A DNA stretch of 32,000 bases, from NCBI RefSeq assembly GCF_000195855.1, contig NC_002677.1, positions 2,910,001 through 2,942,000 on the forward strand. Reading direction: 5' to 3'. Positions 22,950 to 32,000 of the stretch are shown in pieces. The notes below the pieces were generated by a model. The model saw only the letters and a program-made list of their open reading frames with translations, was not told where the DNA came from and did not search any database. This DNA is from Mycobacterium leprae TN (GTDB lineage: Bacteria; Actinomycetota; Actinomycetes; Mycobacteriales; Mycobacteriaceae). Position 1 is the stretch's first letter, and every line of letters starts with the position of its first letter. The translations under genes and the position numbers were made by a program.

Positions 22950-23072
22950 GTCGCCCGCTTAACCATCAGAAAACCGTCGCGGATTTACCCCCAGAACCAT
23001 CCCAAAACCACAAACTCCAGAGCCGCGCGCAAGTCTGGAGTCATCCCCATCGCTTGAGACATCGTCGCAAGC

Positions 23073-23933
23073 TTACTTGGTCAAGGTGAAACTCCCCACG
23101 TTGCGGATGCCTTTGTGGAAGAAATACCCACCCAGTTAGGTACTTCATGTAGCGGTCGTAGACCTCTTCAGACTGGATGGCGATCGCCTTGTTCTTGTTG
23201 GCTTCCAGTCTGGCGGCCCACAAGTCCAGGGTTTTGGCGTAGTGTAGCTGCAGCGACTGGATCCGTGTGAACTTGAAACCGGCCGCGGTGGCGTGCTCTT
23301 CCACCGTCGGTACTGTTGGTAACCAGCCACCAGGGAAGATCTCAGCCAAAATGAATTGGGTAAAGTGAACAATCTCGTGGGTTAAAGTCATGCCCCGCGC
23401 TCTGGCATCTTTAAAGGTGGGACGGACGATGGTGTGCAGTAACATCACGCTGTCGGCCGGTAGGACTTCGTGGGCCATCTTGAAGAAGCGTGCATAGCGT
23501 TGGCGGCCGAAGTGCTCGAATGCACCGATCGAGACAATCCGGTCGACAGGTTCGTGGAACTTCTCCCAGCCCTCCAGCAGTACCCGCCGGGTTCGGGGGG
23601 TGTCTAACTCGTCGAATGTCTTCTGAACGTGGGCGGCCTGATTCTCGGACAGGGTCAGGCCTATAACGTTGACGTCGTATATTTCAATCGCGCGTTTCAT
23701 GGTGGCGCCCCAACCACAGCCGATGTCCAGCAACGTCATCCCGGGCTCAAGCTTGAGCTTTCCCAACGCTAGATCGACCTTGGCGAGCTGCGCTTCCTCG
23801 AGCGTCATGTCGTCACGCTCGAAATACGCGCACGTAATAACCTATCGTTGGATCTAAAAAATAATGCGAAAAATTCATCCGAAACATTATAAATAGATCA
23901 GGACTCTTCATAAAAAGGCGCCAGCTCGGTCAT
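23073..23933 (-). pseudogene. umaA: umaA (mycolic acid methyltransferase) pseudogene with its central part replaced by pcaA sequence
   Basis: N-terminus 'MTELAPFYEES*SIYNVSDEFFALF' plus frameshifts before 'CAYFE'; C-terminus 'YFFHKGIRNVGSFTLTK*' outside the repeat; interior identical to pcaA. Confidence 0.9.
23129..23832 (-). repeat. 704-bp inverted repeat, right arm (inside umaA pseudogene)
   Basis: Ungapped reverse-complement match to 22164-22867; supplied ORFs in two different frames (23041-23808 and 23145-23372) match those of the other arm through the repeat. Confidence 0.97.
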
Positions 23934-24085
23934 GCTCGGCAAAAACCTCTCGTTCGTCGACCTGAGCAGTGGTACCTTATTCTTACAACAACTGTTGTAC
24001 CACTCGGCGCGCTTGCGGATGATCTCGACATCCTCTCGGCGCTAACGACCTTGGCAAGAACCGCGCGGGTGGACCATATGCTACT

Positions 24086-24949
24086 TCAGTACGTATAGAA
24101 ACCCTGACCCGATTTTTTACCTAGCAGGCCCGCCTCGACCATACGTAGCAACAGCGGCGGCGGACCGTAGTGCGGTTCTTTAAATTCTTCGAACATCTTG
24201 TCCGCGATTAGTTTTAGGGTGTCCAAGCCAACGAGATCGGAGAGCCGCAGCGGGCCCATCGGGTGCGACAGCCCGGCAAGGACAGCCTTGTCGACATCTT
24301 CGACGGTGGCAAACCCAGCTTCGACTATCCGGATCGCCGACAACAAATAAGGCACCAGTAGAGCATTGACCACAAAACCAGACCGGTCCGAGCAGCGCAC
24401 CACTTGCTTGCCAAGTACTCCGCTGGCAAACTCTTCGGCACGAGTGGCAGCGGCTTCATCGGTGACCAACGTGCTGACCAATTCGACCAAGGGTAGCACT
24501 GGTACTGGGTTGAAGAAGTGCAGGCCCAGGACTCGTTGTGGGTTCTTGGTGGCCGCAGCGATTTTCATGATCGGGATGCTGGAGGTGTTCGACGCAAGCA
24601 CCGCATCGGGATCGGTAATGACTCGGTCGAGTTCGGCGAAAACCTTCGTCTTGACAGCCTCGTCCTCGACAATGGCCTCAATCACCAATTGCCGGTCGGC
24701 CAAGTCATTCAGGTCTGTGGTGAAGACCAGATGGCCAAGGGCACTGTCGCGCTCGCGCTCTGTCACCTTGCCTGCGCTAACGCCACGCTCCAAGGACTTC
24801 ACAATGCGGTTGCGTCCTGCGGTGACTAACGTGTCAGTGGTTTCAAACACCGTCACGCCAACACCGGCACGAACAGCAACTTCAGCGATGCCCGACCCCA
24901 TCTGCCCCGCCCCAACAACCCCTACTCGCTGGATCGCTGCATCACTCAC
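24086..24949 (-). CDS. fadB2: 3-hydroxybutyryl-CoA dehydrogenase
   Basis: 'VSDAAIQRVGVVGAGQMGSGIAEVAVRAG', 'LASNTSSIPI', 'GLHFFNPVPVLPLVE', 'DRSGFVVNALLVPYL'. Confidence 0.95.
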   Translation of the reverse strand: MSDAAIQRVGVVGAGQMGSGIAEVAVRAGVGVTVFETTDTLVTAGRNRIVKSLERGVSAGKVTERERDSALGHLVFTTDLNDLADRQLVIEAIVEDEAVKTKVFAELDRVITDPDAVLASNTSSIPIMKIAAATKNPQRVLGLHFFNPVPVLPLVELVSTLVTDEAAATRAEEFASGVLGKQVVRCSDRSGFVVNALLVPYLLSAIRIVEAGFATVEDVDKAVLAGLSHPMGPLRLSDLVGLDTLKLIADKMFEEFKEPHYGPPPLLLRMVEAGLLGKKSGQGFYTY

Positions 24950-25169
24950 TGTTGTCTCTCCAGAGTCGTATTGTCGTTCTACCGCAAGAGGCCCCACCTA
25001 GGTTTGCTGGGCAGGGCCTAAATTGTCAAACTCATCTCAGGCCTTCGAACATAAATCGCAGCGAAAAACCAGCAGAAGTATCGCATCAGCTCCACGCCTA
25101 GCATGACCCCAGTCATGCTTAGTGGACCTACTCAATCGGGTTCACCTCGTCTGCGCAGACTTACGCCCA

Positions 25170-26460
25170 CTCAATCCTCAGTGAAGCTGGCCTTCTTCGG
25201 TAGAACCGGTCAAAGCAACCGTCGACGAATGCAGATCGGCCATGGTGGCGACGCGATCAAAAGAGCCGGCACCAATCTCGCACTGGTGCGTGGTAGCGGT
25301 GTAGCCGCGCACTTCAGCGGCAAACTAGCACTCCTACAACTCAACCTAGGCGGTCATCTGGTTACGAGCATAATCGTAGGCGAGATCGAACATGGAATAG
25401 TTCAGTGCATGGAAGCCGGCCAACGTAATAGAATGGAATTTGAATCCCATTGCAGAAAAATCCTTCTGGAACTTGGTGATATTGCTGTAGTCAAGGTGTT
25501 GCTTACAATTGCACGATAGCGAACTAATAGGCCAGTATCTGGTCCGGGTAGGAATCCTTGACCGACTCGGAGAATTTCTATGCAAGTTTGAGGTACGGTG
25601 GTGTCGGTCTCCATCCAGATTAAATCGACTAACGGCGCATAGATTTTTGCCCGAGCGATACAGAGCTCGATGCCGTTCTTGGCGAGGTAGAAACCGCCCT
25701 TAGTGCGCTCACCGGTGATTAACGGCCGGTCACGCTCGTCTACGTCGGAGGTTATCAGGGTGGCAACCTCGGCGTTGGGACGGGCAATCATGACAGTCAG
25801 CACGTCGAACACGAGCCGAGCAGACATCAAGTGCGGATGTGCTGCTGGGTAGGGGAATCAGCACCTTGCCGCCCAGGTGACCACATTTCTTCTCAGAGGC
25901 CAAGCTGATACTCCCCCAATGCTAACCAGCAACACCCATGGTGATCAAGGCCTTCTACAGTTCGAAAACGTTAAGCACACTACCGAAGCCAACCTCACCA
26001 TCAGCGACGATCTGCGCTAGCCAGTTCTCCACCGAGGTGTCGGCCTCAACCTTGGCGATCTGGTCGGCGCGCCGTTAATACGGCGGAGTACTTGCAGCAC
26101 CGAGTTGGCCGGGTACAGGCTTTAGCCGGGGTAGGTGTTGCCGGACAAGTTAGGCGTCACCGGCGATCTGCCAACACGACAGGTAGATAGCCTTCAGGCC
26201 GGCGCGCACCTGCTAGACAGCCATGTTGCCAATCAGGGCACGGATCTTGGCTTTGACTCATTTCCAGTCATGCAACTGTTCCCACAACCGCTCCGCGCCA
26301 CGGCGGGCTAGCGTGTGGTCCTCGACGACGCTGCCCTGCAGGGCTGCCACGTCCGCAGCGGTGTAGGTAACGAGTGGACGTCCTTCCAACGCGAATCTGT
26401 GTAGCCAGTCGTGCTGAATCCGCTCGGCGCTCTTGGGGTGCCGACGACAGACAGTGGGCT
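25170..26460 (-). pseudogene. icl: Decayed isocitrate lyase (Rv0467/icl1-like)
   Basis: Fragments '[15 protein letters not shown]' (about 26450), '[57 protein letters not shown]', '[39 protein letters not shown]' in different minus frames. Confidence 0.93.
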
Positions 26461-26750
26461 TGCTCCTTTAACAGTGTTTCGTGGTCAGGTACTGCTGAAT
26501 TGGTGAAACCGAACCGCTACGAGACAGTGCTGGTAGCCCAACATCCACTGCTGTGCTAACTCGACTATGGCACAGCCTGCTCCCCAAAACTCACTTGTTT
26601 CACTTACAAATTTCGGTCATTACTTCAGGAGATTGCGCGAATTTTACGAAAGAGCAAAGGCGCTAAACCATTTCAGAAACTACCGTTCAGTAACCACAAA
26701 TCAGCAGGTCAACCAAGAATTTTCCGAGAGTTGCCCGGCTTACGATTTCG

Positions 26751-27545
26751 CTACAGCGCGAAGATCGCAGCGATGGCTTTAGTCTCGTCGCCAACCGTAT
26801 ATGTGAGCGTTATAACAGAGCGGTCAACCAAGCCAGGACCGAATTGATCAGTCGAGCCAGCAGGGTGAACGTGCAAAACGATCTCCAACTTGTCGCCCAG
26901 CGCAACGGGAGCCTCATGTTCGATGGTGGTGCGGAGCGGCCCTTTGAGTAGTTCGGAGTGAGACACCAAATAGTCCTCGATCACGCTCCAGTACACCGAA
27001 TTGTTCATGTGATCGAACAAGTCAATATCAGTTACCCGCACCGGGAACTCGTGGATTTCCGACGCATCGTCACGGCTACCCGGCTGCAAATAGCCCCTCC
27101 ACCGCAGCCTATCGACGGACGTGGTCCTGTGCAGGCCCGCCAGGAAGTCGTCCGCGATGCGGGCCGGCATCTGAGTTTCCCGGTTGATGTTGATCCAAAA
27201 CGCCTCGGACTCGATGAGGCCACCCTTGCGCCCATCGATACGGACACGCATTTCACACCACCGGTTCGAGGTACCCGAACACCACCGCCGCAGCCGCAAC
27301 ATTTCCTGGAACTCAACCGGACGGATCAAGTCAACCATGGTGCGGCGCACAATCCACAGCGGGTGGGTCTCCTCGAACCCCATCTCGCGCAGTTGATCCT
27401 GACCGATGTCTTGGATATGCCGGACACCTGCGTCTAATCGCAGCCGACCGGTGCGGTCGATGTCCCCTACGCGAAGCGGCCATTCACGATCAAACACATC
27501 GGGATGACCTTCGGGAACCGGCATCATTATCTTGTCTAGGCTCAC
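26751..27545 (-). CDS. Acyl-ACP thioesterase-like hot-dog protein (Rv0466-like)
   Basis: 'REWPLRVGDIDRTGRLRLDAGVRHIQDIGQDQL', 'FPVRVTDIDLFDHMNNSVYWSVIEDYL'; intact ORF. Confidence 0.88.
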   Translation of the reverse strand: MSLDKIMMPVPEGHPDVFDREWPLRVGDIDRTGRLRLDAGVRHIQDIGQDQLREMGFEETHPLWIVRRTMVDLIRPVEFQEMLRLRRWCSGTSNRWCEMRVRIDGRKGGLIESEAFWININRETQMPARIADDFLAGLHRTTSVDRLRWRGYLQPGSRDDASEIHEFPVRVTDIDLFDHMNNSVYWSVIEDYLVSHSELLKGPLRTTIEHEAPVALGDKLEIVLHVHPAGSTDQFGPGLVDRSVITLTYTVGDETKAIAAIFAL

Positions 27546-27729
27546 GGCATCGGCCCCGTTTCCTACTCGTCCACACCCCAAGGTCTTAGCCCCGAACCGA
27601 ATTATGCCAAACGACGTCTGTCAAATACCAGTCGAACATGAAACGTGATCCCAGTGCGAACTCTGCGAATTGTGCCTCAACAACAAAAGTAAACTGAATT
27701 GGGTGTTCAAGAAGTTCGATTGTGTGTTC

Positions 27730-29179
27730 ACGAAGTTCGTCAGCCCGGATGTGCGACAGTTGCGTAGTGAGTGCAGGTTCAGCCAAGATGAATTTGGCCC
27801 AGATACTGGAGATCTCGCCACCCTAACCTCAATCAGATCGAGCACGACGTTCGCCCGTTTAAAGTGGGTGCATTGCTGCGAATCACCTGAGGTGTTCGGG
27901 GTGGACGCGACCTTCCGCGGCCCTCACAACGACACCCGACTGACAACCGAGCTGCATGGGGTGACAATGGACCGCGATGCTGGATCTCGACATTGACCCG
28001 ACCGAAGTCGCCAAATGGGAAATGATCAGTGCCCATTCGGGCCTCACCCGAGCGGTGGTCAACCTGCACTGACGCTACCGACTCACCACTGCACAGCTAG
28101 ACGCCGCTACCAAGGAACGGTTCTTCGATGGTAACGGCAGCGAATCGATCACCACGTAGTACGAAGAAGCCCGCGACTACAAATATGCCAACGACCAACG
28201 CCAGAACTACCTACACGAACTGGCCACCGCAACCGAAAACATAAAGACCCAGACGCAGCCGCATCACGGCCACTTGGCCCGCGAGTTGACCCGGCCGGTT
28301 CACCGAGGTGCACAGCAACCGGTTAAGCGCTCTCGGTGATGAGTGTGCTGCACCGCTGCGACCCCACAACCAACACGCTCCAAATCAACAGCCACCTCAT
28401 CATTAGGTCAGCAGGTGTTCAAGATAGCCGCCGAATGTGGCGTATCTCGAAGTACGGTGATTTGATCAACCACCTTGTTGCAGAAGGCAAATTCACCAGC
28501 GACGAGTCGCACACCCTGGCCCGAGCTCGGGTTGGCCAATTACTTCCTTCACCGTAGCCGTGGTGCTTGCCCTACCGCCAGTTCCACGACGTGTCCGAGA
28601 ACTTTCGCTACGACGTAAAGCAGCTGTCAGCGTTCTACTCGGTGAGCTACGAGACTACAGCGCACCGGCTGTCAACGTTGCAGCGACCATGAATACGGGG
28701 TGTGCCCTTTTCGTTCGTCCGCGAACACCGAGCAATAAACATATCAAAAGACTACTATATCAACGGCTTTCACGCCTACTCCAGTGAAGGAACCTGATCA
28801 CTATGGAACGTTTACGAAAACGTTCGCCAACCCGGGTAAGATCTTTGGTGCAAATCGCCCAAATGCCCTACGGGCGTATCTAGAGATGTAGGTGGCCCGA
28901 ACCGTCGAGCGCCTAGCCACCCTGTATGATCAGTCTGGTAAAATCTTCACAATTGACTGAGCTGAGTTGCGAACTTCTTCAGGCACAACCGGCTCGTCAG
29001 GACTTGACTTGTCAGGAGATCCAGGGAAGCTTGAGAAATATCGCCACACTAATCGACGCGCGTAGTCGTGTCTGCGAACGTAACAACTGTCCTCTGCGGA
29101 CGTTCCCCGCTTTGAGTCGAGCACTCAAGCTCGACGAACACCGCAGCACAATCTCTCCGTACTTGGTGAAACACGCATG
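27730..29179 (+). pseudogene. Decayed RamB-like XRE regulator (Rv0465c-like)
   Basis: 'VRQLRSECRFSQ', 'EVFGVDATFRGPHNDTRLTTELHGVTMDRD', 'RNYLHELATATE'-like and 'HLARELTRPVHRG' fragments, C-terminal 'VCERNNCPLRTFPALSRALKLDEHRSTISPYLV'. Confidence 0.85.
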
Positions 29180-29743
29180 AGCGGCGGTACTGGCACCGGA
29201 CCGGTCGGTCGCATCCCACCAGGCAGCCTGCGTCAGCTGGGACCGATCAACTGGGTGATCGCCAAGTTGGCCGCGAGCTTGCTTCGCACATCTGAGATGC
29301 ATCTATTCACCATTCTGGGACAGCGCCAACTGCTGTTCTGGGCGTGGCTGATTTATGGCGGCCGACTGCTGCGGGGCAAACTACCGCGCGTCGATACCGA
29401 GTTGGTAATCCTGCGGGTCGCACATCTACGCACTTGCGAATACGAGCTGCAACACCATCGCCGCATGGCACGTAAACGGGGTCTGGATACAAAAATACAG
29501 GCTATGATCTTCGCCTGGCCTGACGTTCCAACAGGAGCTGGGTTAAGCGTCCGGCAACAAGCCCTGTTGGCCGCAACGGACGAGTTCGTCAAAGACCGAA
29601 AGATAACTAGCAGTAGCTGGCAGCAGCTGGAAACTCACCTAGATCGACGTCGACTGATCGAATTCTGCATGCTCATAAGCCAATACGACGGACTCGCGGC
29701 GACGATATCGAGCCTCGACATCCCGTTGGACAACTCGTGCTAG
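29177..29743 (+). CDS. Carboxymuconolactone decarboxylase/AhpD-like family protein (Rv0464c-like)
   Basis: 188-aa ORF with 'DTELVILRVAHLRTCEYELQHHRRMARKRG'. Confidence 0.85.
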   Translation: MSGGTGTGPVGRIPPGSLRQLGPINWVIAKLAASLLRTSEMHLFTILGQRQLLFWAWLIYGGRLLRGKLPRVDTELVILRVAHLRTCEYELQHHRRMARKRGLDTKIQAMIFAWPDVPTGAGLSVRQQALLAATDEFVKDRKITSSSWQQLETHLDRRRLIEFCMLISQYDGLAATISSLDIPLDNSC

Positions 29744-29984
29744 GTCCTTACAGGAATCCTTAATCTCGTGCGTTTGAAGTTCGTGTAATGCTCGTTGAAT
29801 TGTAATTTGTGTGCATGTTCTGTTGTGGGAGTGGAGCTTGCAATTTCGATTCTTGAATATTACCACTACTGTAGTTTTCTGAATATGTTCGTTTGCTGCT
29901 AAATATGGTCGATAAGATCCAAGCCATTATTCACATAGTAATACGTGTGCTCGCTGTTGGCAGTATCTCGTGGTAGTATGTCGA

Positions 29985-30660
29985 CGACACCACCCAACTG
30001 TAGAGAACCCAGAAACAGCTGAGAAAAGCACAAACCACATGGCGATGTTAGTGGAAGATCGCGGTGCAGGCGTGGAAAAAGAAAAACTCGTGGAAGCCGA
30101 ATGCTGCCGGCCACGGGCTGAGCCAGCGCAGCCTGTAGAGTGATACCGACGACGAACAACAACACTCATAGCTCATGGCGGCCACCACGGCATTGTGCCG
30201 GATCGTGCCGGTTGTACCACACCGCCACCCAACCCAGGAGCCGGGTAGAGTGGCACTCTCATCCAGCCCCAGCGCGGTGCCGTCGGCCAACACATCTTCG
30301 GCAAAATGCCGTCCAGCTCGCCGCCCCATACGATCCACAGCACCACTCGCCCTGAGACTCAGGCGGCATGGTCAGTAGTGCGAAGGAAGGATAGCTACCG
30401 CAATTAACACGAAGATCATCGAATGATCCAGCACGCCTCAACTATTTCTGAGCGGTCGCGGGTTTCCAGTTGATGCGATGGTTAGGTGGTGCTGATACTG
30501 AACAGTGGCCGCAGTGTAGGCGAACGTAGCAAGCTGAGCGCGGTGGATGCCACCGCCTATTAGACAGCAACCAGTGACGCACCCGCAAGGGCAGCGATTA
30601 ACGCGGAATAAACGTGGATCCAGCCTTGAAACGAGGCTTGTGGCGAGGTGTGGTCAGGAA
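29985..30660 (-). pseudogene. Decayed hemolysin III / PAQR-family membrane protein (Rv1085c-like)
   Basis: Minus-strand fragments 'LYRLRWLSPWPAAFGFHEFFFFHACTAIFH', 'MWFVLFSAV', '[14 protein letters not shown]'. Confidence 0.75.
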
Positions 30661-30897
30661 GCGGGCGACGCCTTTTACAACCTGAAAGTGGCATTAGCCG
30701 GCGCCGAGCCTGACGATTCAGTCTCCGCGTTGCTAACCGTGCCGACCTGACCGTTCATTTCCTCTGTCTGCCTCCCCCTCCGTTGAGTTGCCATTGGCCA
30801 ATGTGAATCCCAGTAACCTGGCACGTTTATCGCACAGACCCGACGTGATATAGCAGGAAATGCAGACCGGACTTTGTTGCTTGTCACAGTAGGGTAG

Positions 30898-31692
30898 ATG
30901 TTCGTGGAGATCATTCCGCCACGGCTCAAAGAGCCATTGTATGCGCTCTATGAGTTGCGGCTGCGACAGGGTCTGACAGCCTCGGAATCCCGACTTCCTC
31001 GCCACATCGCGGTCCTGTGTGACGGAAACCGGCGGTGGGCCCGCGACGCTGGATACGACGATGTCAGCTACGGCTACCGGATGGGCGCGGCCAAGATCGC
31101 TGAAATGCTGCGGTGGTGCCAAGAAGCCGGCATCGAAATGACCACGGTCTATCTGCTATCCACGGAAAACTTGCAACGCGATCCCGATGAGCTGGCCGCA
31201 CTAATCGAGATCATCACTGATGTGGTTGAGGAAATCTGCGCACCTGCCAATCGCTGGAGTGTGCGTACCGTCGGTGATTTGGAACTACTTGGCGAGGAAC
31301 CAGCCTGTCGACTGCGCGGCGCGGTGGAATCCACACCAGGTGTAGCGCCGTTCCATGTCAATGTCGCGGTGGGTTACGGAGGTCGCCGCGAGATAGTCGG
31401 CGCGGTACGTGCGTTGTTGGGCAAGGAACTCGCCAACGGGGCCACTGCCGAGGAGCTTGTCGAGGCGGTGACCGTTGAAGGCATTGCCAGGAACCTGTAT
31501 ACCTCTGGCCAACCTGACCCCGATCTGGTGATCCGCACCTCAGGGGAGCAACGCCTGTCCGGGTTTTTGCTGTGGCAGAGTGCGTATTCAGAGATGTGGT
31601 TCACCGAAACGCACTGGCCCGCATTCCGGCGGGTCGATTTCCTGCGCGCGCTGCGCGATTACAGCATGAGGCACCGTCGGTACGGCAAGTAG
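30898..31692 (+). CDS. Short-chain cis-prenyl diphosphate synthase ((Z)-farnesyl-diphosphate-synthase-like, Rv1086-like)
   Basis: 'HIAVLCDGNRRWARDAGYDDVSYGYRMGAAKI', 'YLLSTENLQRDPDEL', 'DLVIRTSGEQRLSGFLLWQSAYSEMWFTETHWPAFRRVDFL'. Confidence 0.94.
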   Translation: MFVEIIPPRLKEPLYALYELRLRQGLTASESRLPRHIAVLCDGNRRWARDAGYDDVSYGYRMGAAKIAEMLRWCQEAGIEMTTVYLLSTENLQRDPDELAALIEIITDVVEEICAPANRWSVRTVGDLELLGEEPACRLRGAVESTPGVAPFHVNVAVGYGGRREIVGAVRALLGKELANGATAEELVEAVTVEGIARNLYTSGQPDPDLVIRTSGEQRLSGFLLWQSAYSEMWFTETHWPAFRRVDFLRALRDYSMRHRRYGK

Positions 31693-32000
31693 CGGCCGGC
31701 GGCGAAGGTCTTAGTCAGTGGGGGCACAAGTGACACAACCTATGCGTGATTGCGCTGTCAGTGGTTGTATTCACGCTCAGCGGGTGGCTAGGGTTTTGTA
31801 TCTGCTTGCTCGTTATCCGCCAACAAGCTGGTGCTCGCATTGAGGCGGCGATCGTACTGTGTGTTTTAGCGCTGTTAGTAGCGAGTAGCGTTCGACGTGG
31901 TGCGGACCGTCAGTGGTGCACGCACCCAGTTGCTTAGTCAGCTCGAGATCTACCTGGTTGTCCCCGGTCCCCGGGCTTGGCTTGGTTACGCAGTACTCGT

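Noticed and set aside
23041-23808. The 255-aa minus ORF as a second functional cyclopropane synthase
   Set aside because: It begins at an internal ATG, lacks the N-terminal region, and ends out of frame (WVFLPQRHPQRG...) relative to the native umaA tail; the parent gene has a stop and frameshifts.
22164-23832. Inverted repeat as the ends of a transposon
   Set aside because: The arms are internal coding segments of pcaA and umaA, the spacer contains only the two gene tails, and there is no transposase or target-site duplication.
1-32000. CRISPR, phage, toxin-antitoxin, BGC or other new defence system
   Set aside because: No regularly spaced direct repeats, integrase, transposase or clustered accessory genes seen; content is core mycobacterial genes and relics.

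Overview
The window looks like a reductively evolved mycobacterial chromosome, most likely Mycobacterium leprae or a very close relative. This rests on the recalled M. tuberculosis gene order (Rv0495c back to Rv0464c, then Rv1085c/Rv1086) and on interspersed decayed genes. Apparently intact genes: an Rv0495c-like protein, senX3, gpm1, a YbjN-like gene, mshA, lprQ (L,D-transpeptidase), murB, a nitrilase-family gene, a DUF2993 gene, deoC, a DUF2516 gene, hbhA, a TetR gene, pcaA, fadB2, an Rv0466-like thioesterase, an Rv0464c-like CMD protein and a short-chain Z-prenyl diphosphate synthase. Pseudogenes recognised by out-of-frame homology: GntR, GMC oxidoreductase, ROK, SDR, DUF2505, DUF2599, XRE, DUF445, umaA, icl, RamB-like and PAQR/hemolysin III. 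Two observations stand out. First, a 704-bp inverted repeat (22164-22867 / 23129-23832) appears identical and looks like a pcaA-to-umaA gene-conversion tract inside an otherwise decayed umaA. Second, two single-base indels at the senX3-regX3 junction extend SenX3 into regX3, break the RegX3 N-terminus, and leave the extended senX3 frame and the rest of regX3 in one frame separated by a single TGA. I found no phage, CRISPR, RNA gene or defence system, and no clearly new multi-gene system.
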